Assembly: GCF_030028105.1 (NCBI RefSeq)
Contig: NC_092387.1
Coordinates: 55,561,590 to 55,625,589 of the forward strand
Reading direction: 5' to 3'
DNA: 64,000 nucleotides
From: Mobula birostris
Taxonomy: Eukaryota
A program made the position numbers and the translations under genes. Positions 24,856 to 37,327 of this stretch are shown here, in pieces. Under the pieces are notes generated by a model. That model was given only the letters and a program-made list of their open reading frames with translations, searched no databases and was not told the origin of the DNA. Each line of letters starts with the position of its first letter. Position 1 is the first letter of the stretch.

Positions 24856-26734
24856 AAGTTTCAGCATGAAGAAACTCACCTGATGAAATGACCTGAAACG
24901 TTGAATTTGTTTCTCTTTCCACAGATGCTGCCTAATCTGCTGGGTGTTTCTGGGACTTTGTATTACCATAGAGATTCAGTTTGCTGTGAGGAATATATTA
25001 ATGGTTAAACTAATGAACTGGTGCCAATTCTCACTGTGGGCATGCTGCTGAATAAACCTGTTTTACAAAGCAAAAAATTCCCGGAGATTATGAACTACTG
25101 TTGTTGCCAGGAGACTGTTGCTGTCATTATGATCCAGGCCCACGGACTACATCGTAAAAACTATGACGGAAAGGTTATTACAAAACAGGTGGTGTCACTC
25201 ACTTTCAAATGTCATGATGACAAATAGTTTCAGAATCAAAGGCAAATGAAATACAGTGGATGTGTTGAATTGAAATTAAAAGCAGAAAATGACGGAGTCA
25301 CGCAGACCTTTGACCTGAAACTTTAACTATCTCTCCATAGGTGCTGCCTCACCTGCTAAGTGTTTCCAGCATTTCCTGTTATTGCTTGAGAGGCAACTGC
25401 ATCTTTTTTATTGCTACCATCAAGGAGCGGATTCAGGAGCCTGAAGGCACACCCAACGTTTGAGGACCAGCTTCTTAGCCTCCATCGCCAGGTTTCTGAA
25501 TGGACAATGAACCCATGAACTCAGCAGGTCAAGCAGCATCTATAGAGGGGAATAAACAATCTACGTTTCAGGCCAAGTTGTGATGGTCCCAGCCTGAAAC
25601 ATCAACTCTTTATTCCTTTCCATAGATGCTGACTGACCTGCTGAGTCCCTCCAGCATTTTGTGTGTGTGCTCTGGATTTCCAGCACCTGCAGAATCTCCT
25701 GTGTTTATGAGCTGCCCTCATCCATCTCCAGGATATGCTCAGGTTTTGACTGATTCAGATTCCTCATTCCTGTTGCCTCAAGGTGCTGCAGGGATGGGTG
25801 GGGGGTGCTGGAAATTTTGCTCGATATTTGAACCCTATGACCTCTGGCCTATAACCTCACTCGACAGTCTAAAGAGATGTCCTACAGAGCTGAGGACAAT
25901 GAAAGATCATCCTACTGAAGCATCCAAAATCTTCTGGGGAGCACAAGGGGGTAGACATTCAGAGTAGGTTCTTGATTAGTAAGGTCATTAAACGTTACGA
26001 GGAGAAGGCAGGAGAATGGGGCTGAGAGGGATAATAAATCAGCCATGATCAAATGGCAGAGCTGACACGATGGGCTGAATGGCCTATTTCTGCTGTCATG
26101 TCTTATTGTCATAATAACATAAGAAATAGGAGCAGGAGTAGGCCATCTGGCCCGTCCAGCCTGCTCCACCATTCAATAACACCATGGCTGAACTGACCAT
26201 GGACTCACCTCCACCAACCTGCCTTTTCCCCATAACCTTTAATTCCCCTACTGTGCAAAAAATCTATCCAACCTTGTCTTAAACATATTTACTGAGGCAG
26301 CTTCCACTGCTTCATTGGGCAGAGAATTTCACAGATTCACCACTCTTTGGGAAAAGCAGTTCCACCTCATCTCTGTCCTAACATCAGGAACTATAAACTG
26401 TGGGACCGTGGGACCAGGAGTGGACTGGTAAGGGGATTCTCTCAACTGACCAAACACCCAACCCATTCCCCCCCTCCCACCACTCCATCAGTAGTGTGGG
26501 ACTGAATTACAACAAGAACTCGAAGAGCAGCCCCTTTACGTACACAGATGAGCTACAACCTCCTACGTTCAATTCGAGAGTCTGTGAACCAATCTGAAGG
26601 TGGTCTGTTGCACCTTCACTACTCTGTGCGACACCCTCCAGCCCAGGGTCCAATCTAAAAGGAAAAGTTTTCCACAGAGAGACCTCCTCCGGGGACCTAG
26701 CTGCCATAGTGTGACTGGGCAGCAGATGAGATCA

Positions 26735-27180
26735 GGGAAATAGATTAACTATAGAACGCATCCTATCTGAATGCATATCAGCTTGGTATGGGAACTGCTT
26801 TGCCCATGACTGCAACAAGCTGCAGATTTTTGGACCCAGCTCAGCACATCTCAAGAACCAGCCTCCCCACAGTTTGGACAGTTTCTGTCTATACTTCTTG
26901 CTGCCTGGTAAAGCAACCAGTAAAATCAAAGACCCCATTCACCCCGGACATTCTCTTCACTCCCCTCCCATTGGGCAGAAGTTACAAAAGTCTGAAAGCA
27001 AATACCACCAGACTCTATCCCACTGTTATAACGTTATTGAATGGACCTCTGATATGATAAGATGGACTCTTCTCACAACCTATCTCATCATGACCTTTCA
27101 CCTTATTGTTTGCCTGCACTGCACATTCTATGCAACTGCTAACAATTTATTCTACAATCTGTTATCGTTTTTCCATTTGT
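26735..27180 (+). mobile_element. Rex/Babar LINE 3' fragment
   Basis: IKDPIHPGHSL and LPLGRSYKSLKANTTR motifs. Similar copy at ~43850-44240. Confidence 0.65.
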
Positions 27181-30100
27181 TATAAGAATCACTCCCCTAT
27201 AACAATGATCAGAGAGGCACAGATAGATCTGTATTTACCGACGAGTACCTTTAATGTTTAAACTAGCAAGCATGTGAATTCATACACCAAATACCTTGTG
27301 CCCACTACGTTTCCCTGACTCTCTTGAATAGTCAAAGAATAACAAAGGTATTAGCCAGACAAGGGAGTCTACGCTGGCTGGGCATTCCTTGTAGTCCCAA
27401 TTCACTCGCCACATGTTCCTCGCAGGGTCACTCACACTTGTATCTGCAATGGTTATTCTTTGAGGTTACTGCTGCCAGCACACACAAAGCATCCACTTTT
27501 ATATCCATTCCTTATCAATTCAAATATCGCATTACAGTGTCATTGGCCACAGGTCATGTATCTCACTTTTAACACCTGGTTTTTGGCTCTATTCCAAGCC
27601 AGCATCCACTTATTGCCCTCTTCCCAGCCAGTGACAGTCAATAATTTATGGCTCTTTGTTCTCAATCAACAACCAGCTCGAATCACTCCAGGCAGGCAGC
27701 AACCCCAACATTCACAAACCTGTATGTTATATCCAACCAGAGAACATCTTACAATAACTTCTTATTTGGAAATGATCTCTAGTCCAGCAGATTACCTGGA
27801 GCATCATTGTGTCTTCTTTAAAACATTGATCAAGTCAAGCACTTCAAGCTCACAAAATAGAGAACAGAGTGTCTTCACAAAATGGTAGCCCCCATTCCAA
27901 GCATGCGGCAAGAACAAAGACAATTAGTCTGTCTGCTTCCGCTGTCCTCGATTCATTCGAATTCCCTGATATGTAGACTGTCATTCTTTCTGGCCAACCC
28001 CTTGTACTGCTTCAATAGACTGATGTAATGACTTTGCCTGTATGGATGGCATTCATATGAAAGTTTGTCCCCGTGCCTCAGACAATAATAAACCAATTCA
28101 CTAGTTGGAGAGTCAGCAGGAACAATCTGTGTAGGAAGCTCCTCCGTGTGATGTGGAAGGCACAAAGGACATTCCTGGAAGACATTTCACGTTGTGCATG
28201 ATCAGATCCCAGATTTTGGGACCAGAGTCCAGTGTGAAAACCTGGCTGAGCTGGAGGCAGGACTGCCCCAGGCTCAGGAGCCAACTCAGCCCCTGTTACA
28301 TTGGGATGGCCGGAAACTTCATTCATGTGCCTCAGTGATGTGCAGCTGACCTCTGCTACACTGTTGGATCTATCCCACCATCCAGTGACTTTACAACCAG
28401 AGTGCCTCACTCCCCTGGTGGGAAATCACACTGTCTGGTGTTATTCTCTGCACTACAGAAAGTGGTGATGGCAAGACAGTTCATTGCAACATTGGGTTAC
28501 TCCCCCAATATTGAGCACATTCGCAGGGAGCACTGCCACGATAAGGAGCATCCATCATCAAGGACCCCCACCATCCTGGCCATGAACTCTTATTGCTACT
28601 GCCATCAGACAAGAGGCACAGAAGCCCGAGGAGCCACACCACCAGGTTCAGAAACAGATATTACCCCGCAACCACCTGGTTCCTGAACCATCGTGGACAA
28701 CCTCAGTCACCTCAGTTCTGAACTGATTGTTCTGAAAGCCTCACTTTCAAAGTCTCTTTTGTGCTCTCAGTATTTTTTTAATTGCAGAATTCGACTTTTG
28801 GTTATTTGTTGGTTTTTGTTTATGAATAGTTTTTCATAAATTGTGTTTTTTTTTATTATCCTGTAAATACTTGCAAGAAAATGAATGTCAAGGTTGTACA
28901 TGGTAATATACGTATTATAACCATATAACAATTACAGCACAGAAACAGGCCATCTCGGCCCTTCTAGTCCATGCCAAACACCCACTCTCACCTAGTCCCA
29001 CCGACCTGCACTCAGCCCTTAACCCTCCATTCCTCTCCTGTCCATATATCCATCCAATTTAACTTTAAATGACAACATCGAACCCGCCTATTCTGATAAT
29101 AAATTTTACTTTGACTTTGTTTTGCTTCTGAGAAGACCCCAGTGAAAGACAGGCAACTCCCACAGAGCAGCACCATGTGCTCACCAATGAGAACTGTGTG
29201 ACATCCTGAAGACATTGCTCCCAGTGGGAAAAATACTCCACTAGCTCGGGAGGATATTCAATGCACAGTTATCCGTGTGGGGTCTGCAGTTGGAGAGTCA
29301 GCACCTGGGTTTGGAAGTATCCACGTGACTGAGCACACTCCTCATTTGGGAGCCTCAGAGCCTCGACAGAGTTCCTGCCTCAGAAGAAAACCAACAGCTT
29401 CTATATCTGTGTGGGAGAGGCAGGAGTCAGGACCAAAGTGACCACCTGGTACCACAGCAGGAAGGTCACTGGTTGGTTTAGCTGCTGATAACCATAAGAC
29501 AAAGGAACAGGATCGGGCCTTTCGGCCCATCAAGTCTGCTCTGCCATTCATTCATGGCTGATTTATTTTCCCTCTCACCAAAATCGAAGGGCCAGAAGGG
29601 CCTATTCCACACCGTATCTCAATAAATAAATAGCTTTTTGGAATGTGGAGGAAAGCAGGGCACCTGGAGGAAATCTATGCAGTCATGGGGAGAACATACA
29701 AACTCCTCACGGACAGAAGCTGAATTGGACCCAGGTTGCTGTCACTGTAATGGCATCATGCTTTCCGCTACACTATCCGACTATGCCACCTCTTGTGTCT
29801 CTGGATTGGCCTCTTATTGACCGGTCAGGCAGGCAGAATGGTGGGGGTGGGGTGGTTGGTGGTGATCGATTTGATAGGAGAGTAGTGGTGGGAGAGAGGC
29901 TACAATGATTCACAAGCACTGTTCCATTGTTCTGCACTCATATGAATGGACTCTTTTACAGAAGCTCTTCTGATGTTGGGGACGTTTGGGCCAACCAGTA
30001 TGATTGTTCCCGCCAGCCCCACCAAGCAAGGCTTGACTCAGGTATGTTCAGGAAGTCTGTCCGTTTGCGCCATGTCCCCCCAATCAGTGGCCTTTGTCAG

Positions 30101-30358
30101 TCTGGCCTGGGAAATTCAGGGACTTGGTGGCGTGCAAGGAGGCCATTTGGGCCACCTGTCTATGGTATTCCTCCTCAACCTCCATTAGACATTCAATCAA
30201 CTCAAGTGGCAGCCTTATTCAGCCCTGTATCTCTGCTGGTCCTTTCGCAGAGCACTCCTGTCAGTCCCAACACCCGGCTTTGTGGAAGAATCGCTTTCTC
30301 TGCACATTTGATTCCGTTCTCTTTTTATTCCCTTTTATACTCGATCACAGCATGTTTT

Positions 30359-30830
30359 CATTGAGGAGATCGGTGGGAGGGAGGTGCCATCGAGGAGATT
30401 GGTTGGGGGGGGAGGTTGAGGAAGAGAGGGAGTGCCATTGAGGAGATCGGGGGGGGGTTGAGGTGGAGAGGGCTTGTCATTGTGGAGATCAGGAGTTTGA
30501 GGTACAGAGGGCTTCTCAATGAGGAGATCGGGGGGGTTGAGGAAGAGAGGTAGTGCCATTGAGGAGATTTATGGGAGGGAGGCTGAGGAAGAGAGGGAGT
30601 GCAATTGAGGAGATCGGGGGGGTTGAGGTAGAGAGGGCTTGTCACTGAGGAGATTGGGGGGAGGTTGAGGAAGAGAGGGGGTGCCATTGATGAGATCGGG
30701 GGGGAGTTGAGATAGAGAGGTAGTGCCATTGAGGAGATTGGTGGGAGGGAGGTTGAGGAAGAGAGGGAATGCCATCGAGATCAGACGGGGTGAGAGACTG
30801 CAGCTGAGGAGATTGGAGGCAATGGTGGGA
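30359..30830. repeat. G-rich minisatellite (~38-44-bp unit, ~11 copies)
   Basis: Recurrent 'cattgaggagatcgggggggttgaggaagagagggagtgc' with alternating variants. Confidence 0.9.
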
Positions 30831-31589
30831 GGTAGAGGGGGTACTGTTGATGAAATTGGAAGGAGAGTGTCAGAATGCACTGAGATCTAAGGATAGTGGT
30901 CAGATTGTCTCTGAGGAGATGTGGGGATGGGAAGAGGAATTCTGTTGAGATTGGTGATGAGAAAGAGATACAGAGCACTCCCTGTTCTACTCCCATAAGG
31001 AGATTGGGTGGGTGTAGAAGTGGGAAGGACTGCAGCTTAGGGAATCAGGGGTGGGTGAAAGGGAGTATTGATGAGAAGTTCAGGGGGCGATGGTTGAAAG
31101 TAAGCAGCAGGAGATGAACAAGAGCAGGAAACAGGAAGTACTGGGATTGCAGCTGCTAGAAACATTTAATAAAAGAGACTGCTGCGAACTCAGCCACTCC
31201 AGCGGTCCGAAGTAGAATGAAATCAAATAAAACTGGAGTAGTTAGGATTCAGTCAGTGGTCAGCCATTATCAGTAGATCCTTCCTCACCATCCCATTCCC
31301 CCACCACCACCCCCCAAATGGTGTCCTGTGAGTCTTGATTGATTGGGTGATAGAGTTGCTGTTCCTCATGAAAAATCGTTCTTTTGGACTGGAGCAACCT
31401 TACAGAGATTCTGCAGATGCTGAAAATCCTGTTGCTGGAACTCAGCAAGTCAAGCACCATATATGGAAGGTCTCGGTCTGAAACTATTTACAGTTTCAAA
31501 TTAAAATACAATTGTTACTATCTACAATGCATTCAAGCCCTCAAGGGCCCAACATTCTTGGAAATCCCTCATTGTGACCACAGATACTC

Positions 31590-31930
31590 AAATAGAGGCT
31601 GCAACCTTTCAGTCTTTTATCATACAAATGTACAAAAATTTATTCAGTCACAAAATACATGCAATTGTCAGGGTGTTTACAAAACTTAACAATTACAAAT
31701 TAAAATGCAGTCACTATTTATTGTCTACGAAGCACTCAATTCCCTGGGGTGCCCACCATTTTCAGAAATCCCCAACATGTACATGTTCCCTCTCCAAGCC
31801 TACTCAAGCACGAACGTAATCCCGGAAGAGGGGCAGGCCCTCGACTGCCTGCTGCCTAGACCCTGGACCCTGCAAACTGACCAGGAGATCCCTCAAATGA
31901 CCCAGCACCCTCTGTAGCGGATGGGAGGGT
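31590..31930 (-). mobile_element. L1/Tx1-clade LINE 3' remnant
   Basis: Minus translation DLLVSL...LPLFRDYVRA*VGLERE...WWAPQGIECFVD resembles the Tx1 ORF2 C-terminus. It is followed by an AT-rich 3'UTR with AATAAA. Confidence 0.5.
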
Positions 31931-32108
31931 GAGAGGGGCTGCCCCCCCCCAACTTGACGCAGGATTACAAGGAGGACCGTCGGTCAGCTTTCATGGAGAA
32001 TGGACAAAACATCTCAGCCCTGAGGTAGTGACAGGCTGCTAATGGGAGAACTGGGGGAGAGGGTGCTGGTGCAATCCCCTCACTGGACTGGTATGCAAAC
32101 TTGGCCCA

Positions 32109-32250
32109 AACACGAGGAATTCTGCAGATGCTGGAAATTCAAGCAACACACATCAAAATTGCTGGTGAACACAGCAGGCCAGGCAGCATCTCTAGGAAGA
32201 GGTACAGGACGAAGGGTCTGCTGCGTTCACCAGCAACTTTGATTGTGTGT
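32109..32250. mobile_element. Short palindromic PLE-terminus insertion
   Basis: Flanking direct repeat TGCAAACTTGGCCCA at 32094-32108 and 32251-32265, with internal inverted arms. Confidence 0.8.
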
Positions 32251-32939
32251 TGCAAACTTGGCCCATTAGCCGGCTCTGCTAACAACTACGGGATTCAGCA
32301 GCAGGAAGGCCATCTTTCATAAACAACATACTGTATGTCTAGAGAGCGATATGATTTGGGATTCAGCCAGACAGGAAAGTTGTGATGTTCCAATTAAAAA
32401 AGCCTCGATTTGAGCTAATGCTGTGTAAATACTGCTCATACACAATTGTTGGTCGGCACGAAAGAACAGATTGTACACTGTATAAAATTTTAAAGGAAAT
32501 ATATTTACAAATTTCAGCTTAATGGAGCAGTTAGTCGGAAAAAAATAATAAAAGGGCCCATTACTGTTAACCCAGTCCAGATGTGCACGTAAAGTTGGAG
32601 CTCATCTTGAAGTTGTCCTTTTTAGTCGTGCGCTGGACCCACGGTCTATGTGAAAGTACACACCACATTCCAAGTTTCGCTCGAAACTCACCTTGAACCA
32701 ACGGGCTCTCTCTTGGGAGTATTGGCCCTTCCTCCTTGGAGCCCTTCATCTACACAAAGGACTTCATGCAACGGGGATGCTCCTTCCCATGGCATTCTCA
32801 TTCATCTTCCCTCCTGTCTGCTCCACAGCTCCCGCCGAACTGCCTGTCACAAATCTCTCTTCGCTCCACTCTCTCAAACTTTCTCCCAATTCTGTCATCC
32901 TGATTGGCTGATGCAACAGTCCTAAGTTGAACATCATAA

Positions 32940-33170
32940 GCAACACACATAAAAGTTGCCGGTGAACACAACGGGCCAGGCAACATCTCTAGGAAGAGGT
33001 ACAGTCGACATTTCCGGCCGAGACCCTTCCTCAGTCCTGATGAAGGGTCTCGGCCCGAAACGTTGACTGTACCTCTTCCTGGAGATGCTGCCTGGCCTGC
33101 TGCGTTCACCAGCAACTTTTATGTGTGTGTTGCTTGAAATTCCAGCATCTGCAGATTTCCTCGTGTTTGC
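32940..33170. mobile_element. Palindromic PLE-terminus insertion (inverted pseudo-LTR pair)
   Basis: 14-bp TSD GTTGAACATCATAA at 32926-32939 and 33171-33184. ~95-bp inverted arms meet at ~33034. Confidence 0.85.
33032..33069 (+). ncRNA. Minimal type I hammerhead ribozyme motif in a PLE pseudo-LTR
   Basis: CAGTC-CTGATGA-AGGGTCTCGGCCC-GAAACGTT-GACTG: stem I CAGTC/GACTG, core CUGAUGA and GAAA, short stem II, palindromic helix III. Confidence 0.75.
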
Positions 33171-34049
33171 GTTGAACATCATAACCCATTATCTTTTAGC
33201 CGAAACCAGAACATTCTAAAAGCAGAACACACTGGTTTACAGAACTGCTGAAATGAAATACCTGCAGCTGAGCAGTAAAAATCTTAACTAGGGCATTATA
33301 CTGGTGGAAGGTCTGCTGGCACTGGAGGACAGTGAGGGGCAAACATCTTTCATTCACTACTTCACTCTCATGTCCATTCTTCCACCCCAACGCTTCCCCC
33401 CTCCCTGCCCCAATCATTCCCACCCCTCCTCTCCACATCCCCAGCCCACCTTGCCCCTCCTATTCCATCACACACCCCCTTGCACTCCCTCTCCATCAAG
33501 CCTCCCTCACCCCTCCCTCTCCTTCCCCTAAACTTCTCCCTCTCTATAGAACCCCTCATGACCCTCACCCACTCCCTGCTCCTCACCCCTTCTCCTTCTC
33601 CCTCATCTTTCACTTTCAGTTGGGTCCCAATTTGCCCCTCCCTCTCCATCCCCTCTGCATGCCCATAACAACACCCTTTGCCACTCCCTCTTCACTCACC
33701 CTCCCACCCCTTGTAGATCATTTCCCACCAACCCAGTCCCTCACTCTTCGCACCCCCACTTCCATTTCCTCCTCCCCCTCCCAAACCCCACCCCCAGGTG
33801 ATGATACACACTGTACAGCAAGGGCAGGGGGAGGACACTTTCAGTGCCATGTCCCCAGAGAAGTAGCAGAACACCCACATTGCTACCAGGTCCCCCCAAC
33901 ATGGACCGACATGTCACCGCTGACGCTGTGTGTCAGGGTCAGATACAAACTGGGTACAGATCAGACACAAAATGAAGCTCCCTTCACAGTGCCCCATCGC
34001 ACACTGCCAGAGTCAGACACAGAGGAAAGCCCTCTCTACACTAATAATA

Positions 34050-34740
34050 AATATGAGAAACTCTGCAGATGCTGGAAATCTATAGCAACACACACAAAAT
34101 GCTGGAGGAACTCAGCAGGTCAGGCAGCATCTATGCAAATGAATAAACAGTTGACATTTCAGGCCAAGGCCCTTCTTCAGGACTGAGATGAAAAGGGGAA
34201 AATGCCAGAATAAAAAGGGGGGAGAGGGGAAGGAAGCTAGCTGGAAGGTGGTAGGTGAAGCCAGCTGGGTGGGAAAGCTCTTGAGAAGAAAGAATCTGAT
34301 AGGAGAGGAAAGTGGACCATGGGAGAAAGGGAAGGAGGAGGGGATCCAGGAGGAAGTAATAGACAGGTGAGAAGTGAAAGGTTGGGGAATAGAGAAGGGA
34401 GAGGAGGGAAATGTGTTCACTGGAAGGAGGAATCAATATTCATGCCACCAAGTTGCTGGGTACCCAGACGGAATATAAGATACTGCTCCTCCACTCTGAG
34501 GGTGGCCTCATCCTGGCACACAAGGAGGCCTTGGACTGACACGTCAGAGCGGGAATGGGAATTAAAATGTTTCACCACCGGGAAGTCCTGCTTGTTGCAA
34601 ACAGTATGGAGGTGCTCGACGAAGCCGTCCCCCAATTTATGTCGGGTCTCACCAGTATAGAGGAGGCCACATCGGGAGCACCAGACACAATAGAAGACAC
34701 CAGAAGATTCGCAGGTGAAATGCTGCCTCACCAGGAAGGT
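34050..34740 (-). mobile_element. Penelope-like retroelement 3' part with GIY-YIG endonuclease
   Basis: ORF 34417-34731: FTCESSGVFYCVWCSRCGLLYTGETRHKL...EH...HFNSH...EQYLIFRLGT...GGMN is a PLE GIY-YIG with C/H motifs. It is followed on the same strand by the 3'UTR and a decayed hammerhead motif (~34148-34185). Confidence 0.9.
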
Positions 34741-35175
34741 GGGGACTTGAACTGTCCCATCATGTATTCCTGTGTGGAGTCAGGCATAGAGTGAAGCTCA
34801 CTTCACCACATCCTGGCATCACACAGAGTGAACCTCCCTCTACACTGTCCCATCACACACTCCCAGGGTCAGACACAGAGTGAAGTTCTCTCTACACTGT
34901 CCCATCATGCACTCCCAGGGTCAGACACAGAGTGAAGCTCTCTCTACATTGTGCCATCACACACTCCTGCAGTCTCACAGAGTGAACCTCCCTCTACACT
35001 GTCCCATCACGCACTCCCAGGGTCAGACACAGAGTGAAGCTCTCTCTACACTGTCCCATCACGCACTCCCAGGGTCAGACACAGAGTGAAGCTCTCTCTA
35101 CACTGTGCCATCATACACTCCTGGAGTCTCACAGAGTGAAGCTCCCCTACGCTGTGCCCCTACTCCTGGAGTCAC

Positions 35176-36321
35176 GGTAAAGTTGGTGAGGGGGTGATCA
35201 CCAAAGGTGATACCATGTTGTTGAAAGGAAAGGATGACAAGGCTCAAATTGAAAAGCATATTGAGGAAATAACAGGAACATTAGATGTTGCCACAAGCAA
35301 ATACGAGAAGGAAAAGCTGAATGAAAGGCTGTCTAAGCTTTCAGATGGTGTGGCAGTTTTGAAGGTTGGTAGCACCAGTGATACTGAGGCAAAAGAGATG
35401 AAAGACAGAGCAACTGATGCACTTAATGGTACTCGAGCTGTTGTGGAAGAGGCTATTGTTCCCGGTGGCAGATGTGCTCTACTGCAGTGTATTCCAGCAA
35501 TGAAAGCTCTCAAACCAATCAACAAGGATCGAGAAGTTGGAATTGAAATTGTTAGTAAGGCTCTGAAAATACCTGCCATTACAATTGTCAAAAATGCTGC
35601 AGCTGAAGGAAGCCTAATTGTGGAGAAAATCTTGCAGAGTCCACCAGACAACTGGCTACGATGCAATGGCCAGGGAATTTGTTAAGCTGGTGGGAAAAGG
35701 AATTATTGATCCCAGAAAGGTTGTAAGGACTGCCTTGATGGATTCAGCTGAAGTTGCTTTTCTCCTAGCAACAACAGAAGGTGTAGTGACAGAACTTCCA
35801 AAAGATGACAAAGCACAAGGAATGGGAGGTATGGGTGGTACGTCTGGAGCAGGTATGGAAGGTGGTATGTTTTAACATCCTTGCTGCAGGACTTTCAATA
35901 ACCTGAGGTGATTGTTAGTGCGGGTTTCAGTTGAATAGCTGCTGCACTAGGAGACAAGAGACATATGGCTATGAACCAAGTGTTGCAGAAACTGGTTCTG
36001 TCATTGAAATACTAATAATAAAGTTAAGAGCTCGGTTGGGCTGTGCTGGATCTCAACTTGTTTACTGCCCACATTGTCAGTGCTAAGACTCGTAATTTAT
36101 TTTGTATTTGGAATAAAATCAACATTTATACATTCCTGGAAGTACTGAATGTGAAGACACTACTTCTTGATTTTATTGTAACAGTATTGTGCTGACAATT
36201 CTTTAAAGGCGCAGGTAATAAATGATCAAGGGAGGTTTTCTCTGATCTGTATGCCATTCAGTACAGTACAAGGTCATGTAACATGGCCTTAAATAAAAGC
36301 AGGTAAGTTTTTATAAAAAAA
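35176..36321 (+). pseudogene. HSPD1: 5'-truncated processed pseudogene of mitochondrial chaperonin HSP60
   Basis: Intronless GKVGE...[23 protein letters not shown]...[13 protein letters not shown]...GMEGGMF* (stop at 35873-35875) with a frameshift near 35650. 3'UTR with AATAAA at 36292-36297 and A7 at 36315-36321. Confidence 0.95.
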
Positions 36322-36699
36322 GGTGCCACACAGAGTGAAGCTCCCTCTACAATGTGCCATCACACACTCTTGTCTGGGGTTAGGCACAGAGTGAAGCTCC
36401 CTTCACCCTGTCCCATCACACACTCCCAAGGGCAGATTCAGAGCAAAGCTCTCTCTACACTGTGCCATCACACACTCCTTTCTGGAGTCAGGCACAGAGT
36501 GAAGCTCTCTCTGTGTTGTTGTTCAGCCTAGCTAGTGCTGCTGCCACCATGGCAGTAACTTTCACAGTTCAGGACCTGTTGCCCAGTGTGTGCTGCCTTT
36601 GCTCAGGACGTCCTGAGTCAAATAGTCACACCACCCTGAACTTTGGGGTGAAACCAAGCTGTCCTCCAGCTGCTGTTGCCATCAGACAGACCTTGCTTC

Positions 36700-37165
36700 A
36701 TTGACCGGGAGCTTCTCCTCCTCCAGCCTCGCGGGTGCCCCGCGGGTAACCTTCTGCATCATGGTGACCAACCTTTCCTGCTTGCACCTCCCCACCCCCT
36801 CACCCATCGCTGATCGTGTGTGCGGGGCGGCCGTGCCTGTGATCTCACAGGAGTGGATAATCGTAAACCTGGTCATTGTCAGAAGATCAGTCAGCACAGC
36901 CACTTCATGTACAAACACACCTACAAGCCCAGTTAAATGGAAGGTGCTTGGCTCCCCCTTCACCTCCCCCCACCCCCGCATCGCCTCGCTCTCCCAGCGG
37001 CCAATCAGTTGTGCTGTTGCTGTACATTTTAGGGGGGTTTACCCATCCATGTTTGTAACTGCATGTATGAAAATATTCATAGTTTTATTGGTTTCATATT
37101 TATTTTAAAAGTCACAGAATAAACACTAACCTCTTACTGCCTTTTGTCAGTTTTGTTGAAAAAAA
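36700..37165 (+). pseudogene. TP53BP1: Decayed 3' fragment (last BRCT repeat + 3'UTR) of a 53BP1-like gene, probably a retrocopy
   Basis: FCIMVTNLSC...VPVISQEWIIVNLVI, then a 1-nt frameshift to QKISQHSHFMYKHTYKPS* (stop 36934-36936). This resembles the 53BP1 C-terminus FDVVVTDPSC...[31 protein letters not shown] (from memory). AATAAA at 37118-37123, A7 at 37159-37165. Confidence 0.7.
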
Positions 37166-37327
37166 CTGCCCATATTTAATTCGAGATAACAGCCAGTAGG
37201 GCAAAACATTTGGACATCCATCCCTGCCATCTACACGCTCACCCCTCACCTCTGTCTGTCCACCTGCTCAGAAGTTTCATTTTCTCCTGTGTGGCGTACA
37301 CCTTTGCAAATTTAATGGAGCCTTGTC

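Larger units (their letters stand above)
33932..36512. repeat. ~52-bp tandem satellite array, interrupted by a PLE and the HSPD1 retrocopy
   Basis: Unit 'tcagacacagagtgaagctctctctacactgtcccatcacgcactcccaggg' in blocks at ~33932-34041, ~34750-35175 and ~36322-36512. Confidence 0.9.

Noticed and set aside
32381-33183. Possible solo LTR with TGTGATGTTC...GAACATCATA ends
   Set aside because: No TSD is recoverable and the end is disrupted by the PLE insertion, so it is too uncertain to call.
33332-34186. 284-aa Pro-rich ORF
   Set aside because: Spans a C-rich low-complexity tract, satellite and PLE terminus, so it is a compositional artefact.
34750-35175. Regular repeats resembling a CRISPR array
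   Set aside because: Head-to-tail satellite without unique spacers, in eukaryotic context.
35194-35875. GroEL-like ORFs as bacterial contamination or a functional gene
   Set aside because: Vertebrate HSPD1-type sequence with a frameshift, no N-terminal half, and a 3'UTR with poly(A) remnant.
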